Shown one piece after another: positions 1 to 13,773 of a stretch of DNA of 64,000 nt. The stretch is taken from NCBI GenBank assembly GCA_030704615.1, contig CM060734.1, positions 44,454,001 to 44,518,000 of the forward strand, in the 5' to 3' direction. The translations under genes and the position numbers were made by a program. Each line of letters begins with the position of its first letter. Position 1 is the stretch's first letter. This stretch comes from Takakia lepidozioides. Taxonomy: Eukaryota; Plantae; Bryophyta. The notes beneath the pieces were generated by a model. It had not been told where the DNA came from and made no database searches. It saw only the letters and a program-made list of their open reading frames with translations.

Positions 1-2971
1 AGCGTCTAGAAAGCTTTCCAACCGCATACTGTTGGAATCTTCCATTGGTATCCCTAGGTAGATGGTGCTAGTCTGGTGTGAGAGAGAGATGACGTCCTCT
101 AAACAAGACCCTTCCGTATGGAGTCTAGAGATATCAGATACCTTTTCTCCCTTGACTGCAAATTCTGCACTTCTGGCACCCTTTAACTGAACACATGGTC
201 AGATCTACACAGCTTGACCATTGTATCACGTTCCTGTGACTACATCCCCTACACCTTCACCTAAGCTTCCAACGAATTTTTCCATTGGAATTGGAATCTC
301 ATAGCTTGTTTGTGAGCATGAAAAGTTTCTGCAACCTAGGAAAAGCATTCACATATCTGTTTGAATGGATGAACCAATTGAAACCAAATTCTACAGGAAC
401 GTGCCTCATGATGTTGGCCACCTCCTTCTCCTAAGTTTTCAGGGTTTTGGGGTCAGATTTTGGTATACCTCCTTGGTACTGATCTGGAGGGGGTTTGATT
501 TTCTGCTCTTTGCCACATTGTTGGGTTTGGGACAAGTTTGTGTTGTGTTGATTGGAAAACTGGACGGTCCTAATGTTGTCAATCAACTTGCTAAGGTCCT
601 CCTAAATTTTGTTCTGATGGGGTTTCTCAAGTCTTGTAAGAGAAACCCCATGCTCAGATCTACAGAATTGAGATGGGGTTTCTCTTACAAGACCTCTAAA
701 TCTGCACTGTCCTTGGCTTATCCAGTGGGCCACCCCGCTGAAGATGGGGTCACCCCACTTGGCAGCGGGACCCGCCCTGCCCTGCATTCACTGCAGTGTG
801 AAGGGCGGGACCCAAATTCCCACCTTGTCCGCAGGCACCCGAAGATTCGGGCAGCGGGCCTTGTGCAGGGCCGATTTGTCCGCATGTCACGATTTTTGCC
901 GTGAAAATCGCCATAACTTTCTGCCATCTTCACCAATTATCCTGGAGCAGGTTTCTCTTGCTCCGGGCTACAATGTTTCTATTTACTGCAGGTCAATCGG
1001 ATTCGAATCAAGGAAGCTACAGTGACTTGAACAAAAGGGGTGCGATCCGTTTCAAATGTCGGAGAGGAAATCTGCATATAGTTAGCAATTTGCAGTCAAG
1101 AGTGAAGCTCCCAGAGGTGATGTTATCATGGACCTACAAGGACAACTGCCTCCAATCTCGACAATCTCGACACTGACCTAGAGAGGTTTTCTACCCAGTA
1201 GTCCAGACTGAACACTGGGCTGCCCCCTCTGAAGCCTCCATGTCTCATTAACATACAAATTCAGAGGCAACAGTGAATCATAGTTCACCACTGACTGTAA
1301 TATAGACATTTTGTGATAATAGTCCTAAGAAAACCTTAACATTAATCGATGAGCTCAACATCTTTGTCTCGTGAGGTAGTGTGTCAAATTGTGTGGATAC
1401 GTTAGATTGATTCCAAGACATGAAATTTGAAAGGGATCGAGGTGGGATGACATACATGTTTATTAGTGCAGCGTCACACCGTGCTGCTTCGGGCTTGTAA
1501 TGCCTGGTAGGTAATCTGACAACTGTAGCATTTTCTGGCACCCTGACATGTCCTCATCCACTTGTTGACATGTCTTCAGATCCGAGGGGACATTTACTAT
1601 CCCTGATCACGGTGATCAGGGACCTCGATGCTATGCTCTGTCTGACAGAACAAGAGGTCTTTTGAGTGCCTGTCCCCCTCTTTCGAAACAGAAAAGACAG
1701 AGTTTTTTCTGTGGTCCCAACTTTGCCAGATATTGGACCAAACCTTTTACAAGAATGCTGATATCTCATCTACAGGTGCAGGCCCCCGTGCGATTTGCAA
1801 ACATTGGGGAAAAGAGATGATCTTCTTGGAGGGTTCCAGACACACGGAAATCAACTTTACAACTTTTGGAATCGTGCAACCAATAACCAAAGGCACCAAG
1901 GGACAACGATAGACCAAGTCCCAAAAGTCAATCAAACGAGGCCCGACCGAATGAGTCGGTAGCTGAGGTGAATGATGGGGTGTGTCAGGAACAAATAACA
2001 TCATATTCCTCTGGTGTGGCCCTCGGAGCTGTGTGGATGCAAAAGCAAGACTCTCAATGGATCATGCTTTGGTAACTATTTGTCAACGTAGGCGGCCGTT
2101 CCTTCTGACGTCATCTTGACTCGACAGTCAAAGGAACATTATACATCCACAGGAATCCAGCAGGAAGAAAGCAAAGATAAGAAAGAAAGAGAAGGAGATT
2201 AGACTTCTGACAATGGCCTTTGACTCTGACTGGATGCAGCAGAGGAGGGGTGAGGGTGGGGGGAGAGAGTGGGGATGGGGGAGCACTGGTGGAAGGCTCC
2301 ATTGGGTACTGGGACCTACCTCAAAGAATGAAGTCGCCGCCCAGAACTCTAGCTCAAGAGGACGCTGAGAGCTGTGGCCAATCTTTTGTCTTTTTTGTGT
2401 CTGAGTACCAAAAAAGAGGAAGAGGAAAGGAACCTACATAATGTCCACAGAGGGCAACAAGAGGTCATGGGACAGGGAAAAACAAATCAAGAACTCAAAG
2501 AAGAAGATACTAATATAGAGAGGTTAATAAAAAAATAAAGTTGGAAATTACTTTTGTCAGGCATCTTGGAAGAACAGTAGAAACCACTGAAGCAAAATAC
2601 AAAATTAGACCCCTATTGTTCCACGAAGTGCAGAGTGCCTGACGCACTCAGTTTTGTGGAGGGTGGTTCAACAAATTTTTGGATTCTTTAGAGAGATGGC
2701 AAGCTTGTGCCATGGATCCAAGACAGTGTTGCCAAAGTCTAATGCAATCTTAGTAAGAGGCCGCGACTCCACTTGCGAGGATTAAAAGGAAAATCCATGA
2801 GGGCAATTTGCTTTCAGATTTCAACTCTTCCATGGACTCAGTTGAAGCCATGGATAATGTTACAAGATGCTTTGATTCCCGTGCACAGAAAATATTACAT
2901 ATGCTAATCAATGAATTTCCCGATTTCCCTAGACTTGCCATGGCCATCTGAATCCGGCTGGAGAGGAAGTT

Positions 2972-5900
2972 TCAAGCACCCTTTGCTGTTTGGTTTCCAG
3001 CCCCGTTGGTTGCTTCTTTGCCAGTTGAGGAGTTGGCCTCACCTTCTATTTGGATACTAGCTGGCTCACTTGTTACTCGTAATAGCACCTTGGGCGGTGA
3101 CGGGGTTGGAGAAGATGGGGGCTTCAAATTGGCATACCTGTGCATCCACAATCACAGCAACATATGATTTTCCAACAGCTCAGTGCTCCAAATGGCAAAC
3201 TCAATTCAGGAAATTAACCTCTCGACTAACTCAAATGCCAAAGTCTTTAAGATCAAAACAACTATCCTGAGAGTGCACATCATGTAGACAGGAGAGAGGG
3301 CACTCAGGGAACCTGGTGTAGGGAGATAGTGGTCTTGAAGGTGGAGGCAAAGATTGAGAATCCAATGCGAGAGATGAAGCATCTGGAGGTGTTGTTTGTG
3401 ATAGCCCAGTGGGAGACTTGGCCAATTCTGATAGTTGGGGTGGAGTTTCAGGCTTGTTGGCCACTTTCGGTTGTTGCCAAGGCCACTGGAAAGTGGTTCC
3501 TGCTCGTGCTAATTCCAAAGCAAGGGCCGCCCTTGCAGTTGCAGCCTCAGCAGCTCTTTTGGCCACCCCTGTTACATCCTCACTTCCAAGCGAGATCACT
3601 GCCCCTTTCACCTTCTCCCCTATATCTGTGGTGGACGTCAGCAATTCCTTTGCCTTTGACTCAATTTCTGCAGTCTTTTCCTCAGTCTCAGTTTTCTCTG
3701 ACCATGGGGGTCGTGGAGTGGGGGATGCCGGAGGCTTCAAGTTCGGATACCTGCATAATGTAGATGATAGTTAAGTGAACAACACCTGGAAAAGCAAGGA
3801 AAAGAGACTTGTCTTAACAAAAGGGAAGGTGTGAGATTGTTGTCGTTGTGACCTGGTGTAAGGTGAGATGGCCCGGGGTGGAGGTGGGAGTGCAGTGGAG
3901 CCCACCCAATCCATTGGTAGAGTTGGGATCGATTAACTGATTCTGTTGCCTCAAGACGAGGATCCCTGATTGACAGAAGCCTGTTACTTTTACTTAACTA
4001 TCTACCTACTTGCAGCAGAATCTTGGGGCAAGAGCAGACCTCCCGTCAGGCTTTTCCGTTTCCTGCCAATGGCCAGATGATAGCGGTGGATCTGGCCCTA
4101 TCAAGTGCCAGCCTTTCTCTAGCTGCTGCCTCCTCCCTATTGGCCCTGTTCACCACAACACTCTTGGAGCTTTCCTTTTTTGTGCTCAACTCTTCCTCGG
4201 CCCTGGCAGGTGGGTCAGGTTTGGTCTCTTTCAGAGCTTCTTGTGTTTCGTCCGTGGCTGCTTCTGTCTTGGCCTTTAGTTCAAGGCTAACTTCCTCAGA
4301 CTGTGGAGGTGTTGGAGAAGGAGAAGATGGCGGCTTCAGATCAGCATCCCTGAATTTTTGAAAGAATAGAAGATTGTTCATCTGACCAAGAACATAAACG
4401 ATCAACCATGTAGGAATAACAATTCTCAAAAACATTTTCAAAGTATAATTCCCCTTTGTGAAAAATGCAGACCAAAAGTGGAAAGTTGAAAGTACGCAAA
4501 TTTTGGGCAAGAGGCTTAGGACGGAATGACAGCGTGAGGCAGAAGAACTCAAACTTTTCCAAGACAACTGCATTTTGACTCCGAACTTTGTATAATCTTC
4601 AAAGGAACCAGACCTGTAGCTCGACACTGACTTGAGGCAACAAGACAGAAATTGAGAAAACTGGGTAAGAGCAGAATGGGAAATTCTCGAAGAAGAAGGG
4701 GAAGGGCAGAAAAGACATAGATATGTACTTCTTCACTGTTCATCACAAATGTTTGCTATGATCTGATATCTCCAGGGGAACTCAAATAACTAGTGGGAAC
4801 GCCCTTTGTTTCAGGGAACCGTTCCCAATAGCGGGGAGAACCTTGAGGGCCCTGTAGAATCTGTTACATAATATTAACAATGTTGTATAGACACTTTCCT
4901 GCACTGCTGCTCTAGTTTGGCCAAAGACAAAGAAAGAGAGAAGTGCTTGCCTTGCAGAGGGGGACAGCGGAGTTGGGGTGAGAGGAAACTCCTTCGTTGC
5001 CACGTCGGTGGCTGTGACCTCAGCAAAGTTACTTGGTGACACAGTAAGAGACTTGGGTGGAGATTCCTCTACAGGTTCACGTCCCTCCTTGTCCTCATTA
5101 TCTACCTCCCAAAACCAACGGAAAGGCTTGAATGCTGCTGCCTTCACCTTCTTAGGAAGAGGCACCACGTCGGCCCTTGCCACTACCTGCTCTTCTTCGT
5201 TCACCTTTCTCTGTCCTTCAATCTCTTTCTCTTTTGTGGCCTCTTCCTCCCTTCTCTCAGTACTTTCCACCACCTCGGCTGCTCTAGCTTCAGCCTCCTC
5301 CTCAAGCTTGCTCTGTGCTGCAGCCTGAGCTTCAAGTTTCTCTTTATTTTTCCTTGCAGCTTCCTCTTTGGCAGCTTCCTCCTTAGCTACAAGCTCTTTC
5401 TCAGCAGATGCCTTGGCTGCTGCATTTTCTGCAGCACAGTACAACAAAGAAAAGTATGGGTTCTGGAAGACGGATACCTATCCTTGTTGGAGTGATGTCC
5501 ATATTTTCTTTGGTGGAGAAACAACAGAGGGGAGTTCTGGCACAAGAGCGTCTATCAGGGGCTATGTCACATGGAGTGAAGCATGTAATCAGATGGATCT
5601 CTCCCTCTTCACCCCCCAACACCTCAAATCCAATTAGTTCCTTGTTCTCACCTTCTTCCATGACCTTCGCTTTAGTATCTTGCTCAGCCTTCAAGGCTGC
5701 TGGATCAGCCGGCTTTCTCTTGGCTTCCACATTTGCTTTCACTTCCACTTTTTCCTCCTTCACCTTGGCCTCAGCATCAATATCAGCCTCCACAGCCACC
5801 ACAATCTGGTTCTTCTCCTGCTCGCTCAATCTGCAGGGAAAGACTCTTTTGAGTTTAGAAGCTTTGACACATACAATTCAGGCAAACTATTTACAGATAG

Positions 5901-8900
5901 AAAGATTAACTTACCTTGGGACTTGAAGTAATGACTGTACAGGCCTGCTGAGACTTACAGCACACAGAAGAAGTAAAACCTTTTAGGATATTCTTGTAGA
6001 GAAAACCAACAAATTGGCTTCATGACTTCAGCATTCCTTCAATTGCCAGCACTGGAATCATCACATAATTAAGTAACTACCCAATACTATTGCATGTTTA
6101 ACCCACCTTCGCCCTTGGCGAGCAGCATTCATCAAAGCAGTCTCAAGGGCCTTGGCTGTTCGAGCTGCGCGCGAGGCGGCATCTGCTTGGGCCCGCAACT
6201 CCACCATCCTCCTCTCAAGTTCTACCTTCTGAGAGACTGCTGCCTCCGCCTCCTTTTTAGCTTCTTCTTCATTCTCACGGGCTACCAAAAGATCATTTTC
6301 ATACCTGGAACGGATGGCCTCTTTCCTCTTCTTCTCCAGTTCAGATTGCACAGCCAAATTTTCCTGCAGAGGTATCACCACGGGTGGGTATATAGGACGA
6401 GAATCCCAATAGTATATAAGGACGTTTGAGCAACCAAGCACTTGTTTAATACCTTAAGGCCTAGCAAGTCAATGACATGTAGGGGAGGTACATTAAAAGA
6501 GGAGTGGATGGACTTTCTTGGAACTGGAGAGTGAAGGGTATTCAAACAGACTCTAGTGCTTTGACATCAGCACTTTCCTAGCTCCTCAAACATAAAAATA
6601 TGCCCCGTACGAGAGTTACTCAAGTGATTTGCGTTGAGATTGAACCTCCTTTTGTATCTTTGATATTCTGCTTGCCCGTCCCCAAACTGGGGGCGACTGC
6701 TCTTCCTCAATTCCTGCACTTACGACTTCGTCTTCACTATCTTCTGACGGTATCTCAGCCAAAAGTTCTTCGATGGGACGCAAGGGTGCAGTGGTTTCAG
6801 CCACTACTTCCAGGACCTTGTTCTGGGCCAGTGGTAGATTGTTGGTGCAACAGGCAATCAGCTCTGCCACCTGCACTCATCCGTGTATTGGTTAGTTTTC
6901 CATACCAATACTGCCTCTTTTTCCACTGAGGCTTGGAATAAGTTCAGCCCTGATACATAAATTCAGATTGTTTCAAAGATCTAATTCATGAGCCTCTGAC
7001 TCGCATTAATTCTTGGGCTCTGGAAGGACAAACCTTGACTATCCATCAGCTCTTCCAAATGGGAAGACCATGAAACACACACACAGATGCGAAAAGAAGA
7101 GTAAAGCTACCTGAAGGCTTGAAACTTGACCACCACTGAGAGCGTCCTTCTCGACAAGTCGGAGATTGTGAGTCTCCTTATATGCATTAGTTGGACGCTC
7201 CATACCTCCTGGTCTTATAATCTGTGCTGGCACGAAAAGATTACCTCGTCAAAGTTCTATTGTCTTACAGACCTGTCTGAGCCATCTTTATCAGGATCAA
7301 TTTAGAGAGAATTTGTTGGACGATCAACGTCCCTCTGACTCCATCTACTCCCCATCTGTTTCCAGAAAAAACATGTCGGTAAATCCTTGTCTATCTTTTT
7401 GTAATTTCTGGATGTCGATTTATACTCAGGGTTTGAATCTCCCTATGTGGAGGGTTTTGGCTCTTAACTAATAAATGAGAGCGTAGCATCCAGTACATAA
7501 ATCAGTCATCCTCATTCACTTCAGAGGGATAGAATTTTTGCATTATATTTCTGTCGTTTTCCCTTCTAACATTGAGAGTCGGGTCAAAACAAACTCACAG
7601 TACAATACTCTGGAGGCCCGTAACAGCTGTGAAAGGAAGGCAGGAAACCACTCTGATACACCCTGGCAACAGCATGAAAGGGACTCTAACTGCTCATTCA
7701 CCAATTCTTGTAATTTGTCCTCTTAAATTGACAACAAAGCAAGTACTCACTGTGAAAGGCAATCCACTTTCCACCAGCGCCTTTTCAGCCTTTGCTTTCC
7801 ATATGAGAACACCCCAGAACAAGCTGCAGGAAGGCCCCCAGGCAGTTTGTTATTTGGGAACAAACACAACCACATAATAAACATATCAGACATCAATATA
7901 AGCAGTATGTTAAACAGCACTGAATCATAAGCCTTCTTTCCCTACTTGAATGTAAGTTACATAAATCCAATCTCCATTGCTGAAGAATATCTGAAACTGG
8001 ATCAAACACAGAGACAAGAAATGAAAGCAGACAGATATAATCATTTTGCAGGAGGCCCAGATGGTCTGAGGACACGAGTAGAACAACACAGTGCACCCAC
8101 AGGAAACAAGAAAAGAGACGAATAAAGAAGTTATAAGGAAGTTTATAACAGAGAGTAATTAGGCCCAACTGGACCAGGAGAACTTCTGGCTCATTGGAGA
8201 GCTTGCTCCCTTGCACTAGCTGACATCCTAAAGAGTTTCTGACATCCAGAGAGCCAAGAAAGAAAGAAAATCTACAACTGTTCACAGGACACTCAGAGAG
8301 CTTATTGGAAGGAGCAGAACAACAATTGACAACCGTATAAAAAAGACCCAAATGTCATATGGAGACAAGTGCCTTTTCCAGGAAAGCACCCAAGCACTTC
8401 TCGTCCTCAAAGCTGAAGGGCTCTCTGTCTGAAAACAGAGAATTGAAATGACACTCTATAACTTCTATGGAAAGCCTGAAGAGCAAATGAAAGCAGGAAA
8501 CAAGAAATGACATGAAAGGAAACGGTACTCCATAACATCCGCGGAAAGCTCAAAGAGCTTATGGGACAGAAAGGAAAAACAAGAAAGAAGAGACAAAACC
8601 ACAGCCAAAAAGCAACTACTGCTCAAGGGCTTGCCTAATGGTCAAGGGCTCATGCAGATAAGCTGCCAAGCATTTCTGATCCTCATAATGGAAGACTTCA
8701 GTGAGAGATTGGGTTCCACAGAATAGACAGTTGAATCTCCCACGGATCTCGTAGTATAGAGGGCAAAAAAAAAAGATGTGTTCTTCAGTTTGAATTTCCT
8801 GGTTGCACCCGGTGCAAGCTGGGCATAGGCGATCCTCCCGTTGCAGGTTTTCCCTTCTACCAGTCTCTATCCATGGATTGTCGGAGCCCACCCTGAAAGT

Positions 8901-11900
8901 GAGTGGGGGCCTCAACAGGCAGCCCAAAAACAAAACAGAGAAAGAAGGAAAGAAGAAACTTCATCACGTCCACACAGAGAGAGAAAGGGAGATTTAAGAC
9001 CTACTTCAGCACAGATGCTGGCCAACCAAATTTGGTAGTGCCTAATGACGTCACTAAGATGAAGTGATTCACCCTCACGCTCGATGCTGCAGCCACCACA
9101 ACTCCGAAATTCATGCGTCACACTGGAGGACAATCTAACCTCAATATATATCTTTTCACGAAGTTTCTTTCTACGGTGAAAACCATTCTGCTTCAGGTAA
9201 AGGAGAGGCTAGGATTATGATCTGTAGCATGAAAATTGCTTTCCATGCACCAGATTTGACCATCTTGCATAAGATAACCCTGGAAGTCAAGGCAGTGACA
9301 TCAAGTTTCGGCAAAACCATATCCCTAGGAACTCAGATATATTCCATCACATGGGCAATAACTTTCAATTGTCCTTCATCAATAGTGGCTAGTACGTGGG
9401 CTGCACAAAATCATTAGCATACAAATCGAAGGTATACCAGCAATAATGAGATTCTTTGTAGCCTGAAAATCAATGCGATAGGGACCCGTCACATCCAACA
9501 CTTCCTTTTCGCTGGCACCAATAGCACACACCACCACTCCTGCATTTCCCAATGCATCTTCCAGTACATCTAGCCTCTCCAGGTCACACTCCACCAGCTC
9601 GACTTTTTCTTCTTTTGGAGGCCCACGAAAACGAAACAATTTGACAGGCTGCACTAGAAATAAGGTTGGTTTTTATTAAACCTCTCCGTTTATGTTGGAA
9701 TGACAGCCTCTTTCACTCAACATCCTCCCACCAACAGCAATAAGCCCTTGTAGAGTTCACTTAAGGGAAGCAAGGACATCTGTCAGTAATGACTTTGCAA
9801 GCACCCCGCCAACTCAACCACTGCACAGGAAAGTCCACAATCATTCCATCTATTATCTATTCAATTATTGTCATGTTGATAAAATACCAGGCAATGTATC
9901 ATCTCTCTGCTAACTCAACTGTTGAATCTGGAAGATGAAGTCAACACTTACCCAAGGTGTTGATTTTTCATTTTCTGATTTGAGATCTGCACCAATCTGC
10001 AGCACAGCAAACGAGAAACTAAGTACAGAAGGGTGTCTGATCTGTCTTCCAGCATAAGCAACTTTCAAAAAGCTGAAAATATGAACTTCCTTGCACACAG
10101 CTCTGTCCCACATAATCAAAAGGCTTGCTCAGTGCAAGAAAGATTCCATCATGACATGAACCCCGTCCAGCCTCATCCAGCTCACCGGATTGTTTAAATA
10201 TGATAGCCGAAATGTAGGACATAGTCACTTACAAGCTCCACATACTGGTGGACAGGAATATGTAGTTGGAATTGCCCATCTTCTAACAGGAGGCAGTAGC
10301 CCTAACAGGTCACGCAGACAAGAAATTGGCTCTGGCTGATCAGACCATGTTGCTTGACTATCAAATTCATCAAAAAAGTGGGATTAAATTGGTCCACATC
10401 ACTCCCTCGGAGGTGAAGGTTGTCATCTGCCATACCTCAAGAAGGGCCTGACCTTTGGCAATATCTCTAACACCTGCTCGCACTTGGAATCCCAACTTCA
10501 AAAGCTCCCTGTGACAAACAAAAAGGGAAATCCATGACTGCCACATAGTACTGCCAAATGACAAAGGACCCTTCAATCAAATTTCACAAGCAGCCAACAT
10601 GAGTTTCCATGAGTTCTATCTTCCATTGAGTGTCAGCATCATGCTGTGTAACTCTCTCTCTCAACTGTCCTCTCTACTACAAAATCATGGGCCACTACTT
10701 GCTTGGACATTACAGACTTTGTTTGTTTGTTTCTCTGTGCCAGAGCATACAGTTTCATTCTCTCATCTTGCATAGTATGAGATTGAGGGAGATGCTATTG
10801 TGTCTTCAGATATTATGAGTCTTTGGAAGAGGCTTTGAACTTTGAGGTCCAAAGTGTCTGGATGCCTGCCTGAATGAGACACTCGTCGTGGGGCATTGTT
10901 TGACATTGTGAAGTGGTTTCTTCCTGTTGTATTGATCAAATGGACCCTTACGGGCTCTTGTGGATATTATTAAAGTTCATTTCTTTCTCTCTCTTCCTCT
11001 CTCTCACACACACAACTATTCCGGTAAAAGTAGCCAGACCTTACAACACGTGATCCGACTCTGCCAGTAGCTCCAGCCACAAATACCACATTATTGTCTT
11101 TCTTACCCCCTCGGTCAAGTTTTAATGTCCCAGGGAGTCTCCGGAGCTTCCTTGTTCCACTTGCAACCTCTGATTGACTGCCACCTGGTGCTGCATCATT
11201 TTTCATCTTCAAGGTACCCAAAGGCACACGACCTGTAATTCAAAATCAGGGTGGCCCTAGTGACCTTAGATGCTACAGATATAAATCGAGCCATCAACTA
11301 GATGAAGCCCCTTCTATTCTATCCCCCAATACAAAAGACACATGCATGTTGCATAACAGTAAAACAGAAATCAATCTCACAGGACAAGGCTCTTTTCAAT
11401 TCCACAACACATGACATGGCATCTCTCTAATTATGACACTGTCTGCAATCGCCACTTTTCTTCTGCTTCATCCGCATGGTCTGGACATCCAATAAATTAT
11501 TTCAACTTAATATAATCGTTCCAGTCACACTCCTGTACATAGATGCTACAACTGCTTACACTCACCTTGGATTCCGGAGTGGCCCATTGTCCTGTATTTA
11601 AGAGTAATTCTGCTAATTGTTGATTCAAGAATACTCTAAATGCTGCGTTGCTGTGAGCTGAGTGCTTCATTCAGCTATGTTGCTAATCGAGTGACGCAAA
11701 AGGCACCTAGACCCCACCTCAAAGTTCTAGCAACTGTCCACAGTTCTCAGTTAATGACAACGGTCAATATTCAATATTCATTAGTCAATATTCATAATGA
11801 TATTGTGAACTGATTGACGTAAGGAATGCAATGTCTGCATTCTTCCACGCGAAAATAAATGGTACAATGCGACTATTCTGGAGGATCTATCTGTTAGATC

Positions 11901-12333
11901 AATTGTGTGCATATTATTAACCACAGGATATAGCTTGAAACGGGGGATTGTTGAGTACAGATGCTGCGTTTACATTTATCCATGCAACATTCAGATGAAT
12001 TGTTTCTTTAAACTTACTCAAATGGTAGGCAGGACACATTCCCGAGATCATCACACATTCAAATGCTTGAATTATGGCGTACGAAATGACACATATGAAG
12101 ATGGAGAATGGCGTACCTGAACCGCCACTTTGTACTCGCAATCCAAGCAGTAAGGTCCGCTTCTTAAATGAATGAAGGGGCAGCCCTCTCTTACTGATAC
12201 GAAGTTGCCGATGTCCTCCGGATGATGGGAGTTGCAGAATGCGGGAGCTTCCATGCCCGAAAAATTGCGATGAAAAACAACAGTTCGGAGAAAGAGAGTG
12301 GGGATTCGGATGTAACAACACCGGGGTCGCCAT
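2972..12333 (-). CDS. TIC62: TIC62-like chloroplast NAD(P)-binding Rossmann protein with C-terminal Pro/Ser-rich FNR-binding repeats. 15 predicted exons: 12333-12117, 11232-11040, 10508-10436, 9996-9952, 9648-9438, 9086-9005, 7823-7751, 7221-7111, 6870-6724, 6363-6107, 5830-5652, 5428-4951, 4349-3853 (disrupted), 3750-3313, 3137-2972
   Basis: Transit-peptide-like exon 1. Motifs VFVAGATGRVGSRVVRELLKLGFQVRAGVR, VECDLE, IGASEKEVLDVTGPYRIDFQATKNL, HFILVTSLGTTKFGWPA, LFWGVLIWK, IIRPGGMERPTNAYKETHN, GGQVSSLQVAELIAC, VVAETTAPLRPIEELL. Three LSPxxR|xxxLKPPxSPxP-type repeats. Splice phases are consistent (GT-AG plus one GC-AG). Exon 13 contains an in-frame TGA (4048-4046) and a net frameshift. Confidence 0.9.
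8616..8880 (-). mobile_element. 3' fragment of a non-LTR retrotransposon (LINE ORF2 C-terminal Cys/His zinc-finger region) inside a TIC62 intron
   Basis: IETGRRENLQREDRLCPAC...EEHIFFFCPLYYEIR matches the IETGR..R.C..C..E.H...CP.Y..R motif at the end of RTE/L2-like ORF2. Confidence 0.75.
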
Positions 12334-12360
12334 AGCCAGCTCCCCAGCGCATCGCCTTCA

Positions 12361-12400
12361 CTCACTCTCTCTTTCTCTCTCTCTCTCGCTCTCGCTCTCG
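12361..12400. repeat. (CT)n/(GA)n microsatellite in the TIC62 5' UTR/promoter
   Basis: ctcactctctctttctctctctctctcgctctcgctctc, just upstream of the ATG at 12333. Confidence 0.8.
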
Positions 12401-13773
12401 TCTGGACGTCTAGACAGTACCAAAAGTGTAAGATTGAGTTGTATTGAGTGTAAAGTGATGGTGTGGACCAATGGAGAGGGCGTTAGGAGGATTTGCTATC
12501 ACCTTCGAGGGCCTGAACGAGGGTACGAAACCAGTTTGATCTTCTCGTTTCCAGCCTCGCCTACATTTCTGATCTTGGAATTTACAATCTAAGGGTCTGG
12601 GGAGTAGGAACGTGGCCTTCTGCTTGGCCTGGAAATCCCGTGAACTACCTTCGTTGTTGTTCCTGCAGCGACTGCTGCCAGTGTTGGAGTCATGGAACTC
12701 GTTCATGAGCTCTTTGTAATTGTAGTTTTGCTGGAAAAGTGTTAGTTCGCTTCACCTGTGCTGCCAACTTCTTTCCACAACCCTTTGCCATTCCCTGGGC
12801 TTCGTCATATAAACAGGCCACACAACTGTTCTCCCAGGGAAGGCAACTCTTTGAGCTCTAGTAGTGGATTGGTGTTTTCCCGGCCCTAATACCGCTAGAC
12901 TTTGAAGCTCGCACTCGGCTTCAAGAGCTCTCCGTGAGCTCATCAAATTGTGTGAATCCAAGTTCACTGCACGTTCCTACAAGACGCATGTTGGATAACC
13001 ATTTTGCAACTTTAAGTTTCTGCATGCTGTGTTGGAAAGAAAGGAAAGGAGAAGTATAACTTACAGAGGATGCTTACTTAAAGAGCTTAATCAGCTATTT
13101 AGTATGACAAAATCAGAATAACTTGAAAGATCGAGCGCTTGTGCTACTCAATGTCAGCCCGGTGGTGTGGGGAAGCAGAAATGATGTACAGAGGATAGAC
13201 GGAAGCATTCACTTGCAGCGTGAGTGAAGTAATTTGATAAGCTGGGAAAGGACAGAACTCGAACTTGCATGGCTACCAATCTGCAAGCCATTGCTGAAGT
13301 ATTAGGGAAGTATTTGACACTGCTAGCCCTAAGACTACTCTGAGATTCATCTGATGTGATTGTAGGATTTGTATCTATGCAGGTAGATCGGTGTGGAGCA
13401 ATAGAGCTCGAATTTGGAGCTACGTCTATTAAGATACAGCGATGGGCATGATATTGCAAGACATAGGCAAGAGCCTCTCGTAAAATTCTTCAAATGTTGA
13501 GAAGAAATACGTATTTGATCCAATTTCAGTGCTGCATGCGATGTTTCTGCGCGATCTCCAAAATTCCGTTGACAGACTTGCAGATCGTGAAGATTACCTT
13601 GACCATGTTGAAGTCCTCTTCATGAAGTTCTGATGGTCGCTATCTAAAATAAGGCAAGCGGTGCTAAAGTGATCAAATTACCTTCATAATGGTAGATCCA
13701 TTGGATCGAGGGTTGTCTCTCAGACTTCACATCCATGAAGAAGGGTGACCGGACTACCGGACGATCCTGTCAC

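Noticed and set aside
365-2441. Several 60-180 aa ORFs, a stop-interrupted + frame (~1320-1760) and an 11-bp-arm palindrome at 1600-1622
   Set aside because: No recognisable domain; probably decayed TE sequence that I cannot classify
3329-6429. Long + strand ORFs rich in S/F/L/A
   Set aside because: Antisense shadows of the E/K/A-rich TIC62 exons
11566-11591. Possible 26-nt TIC62 micro-exon with good AG/GTGAG sites
   Set aside because: Not frame-preserving; exons 1 and 2 join in phase without it
12760-13720. Possible decayed transposase-like coding relic between TIC62 and RPLP0 (RTCMATNLQAIAEVLG)
   Set aside because: Too degenerate to assign
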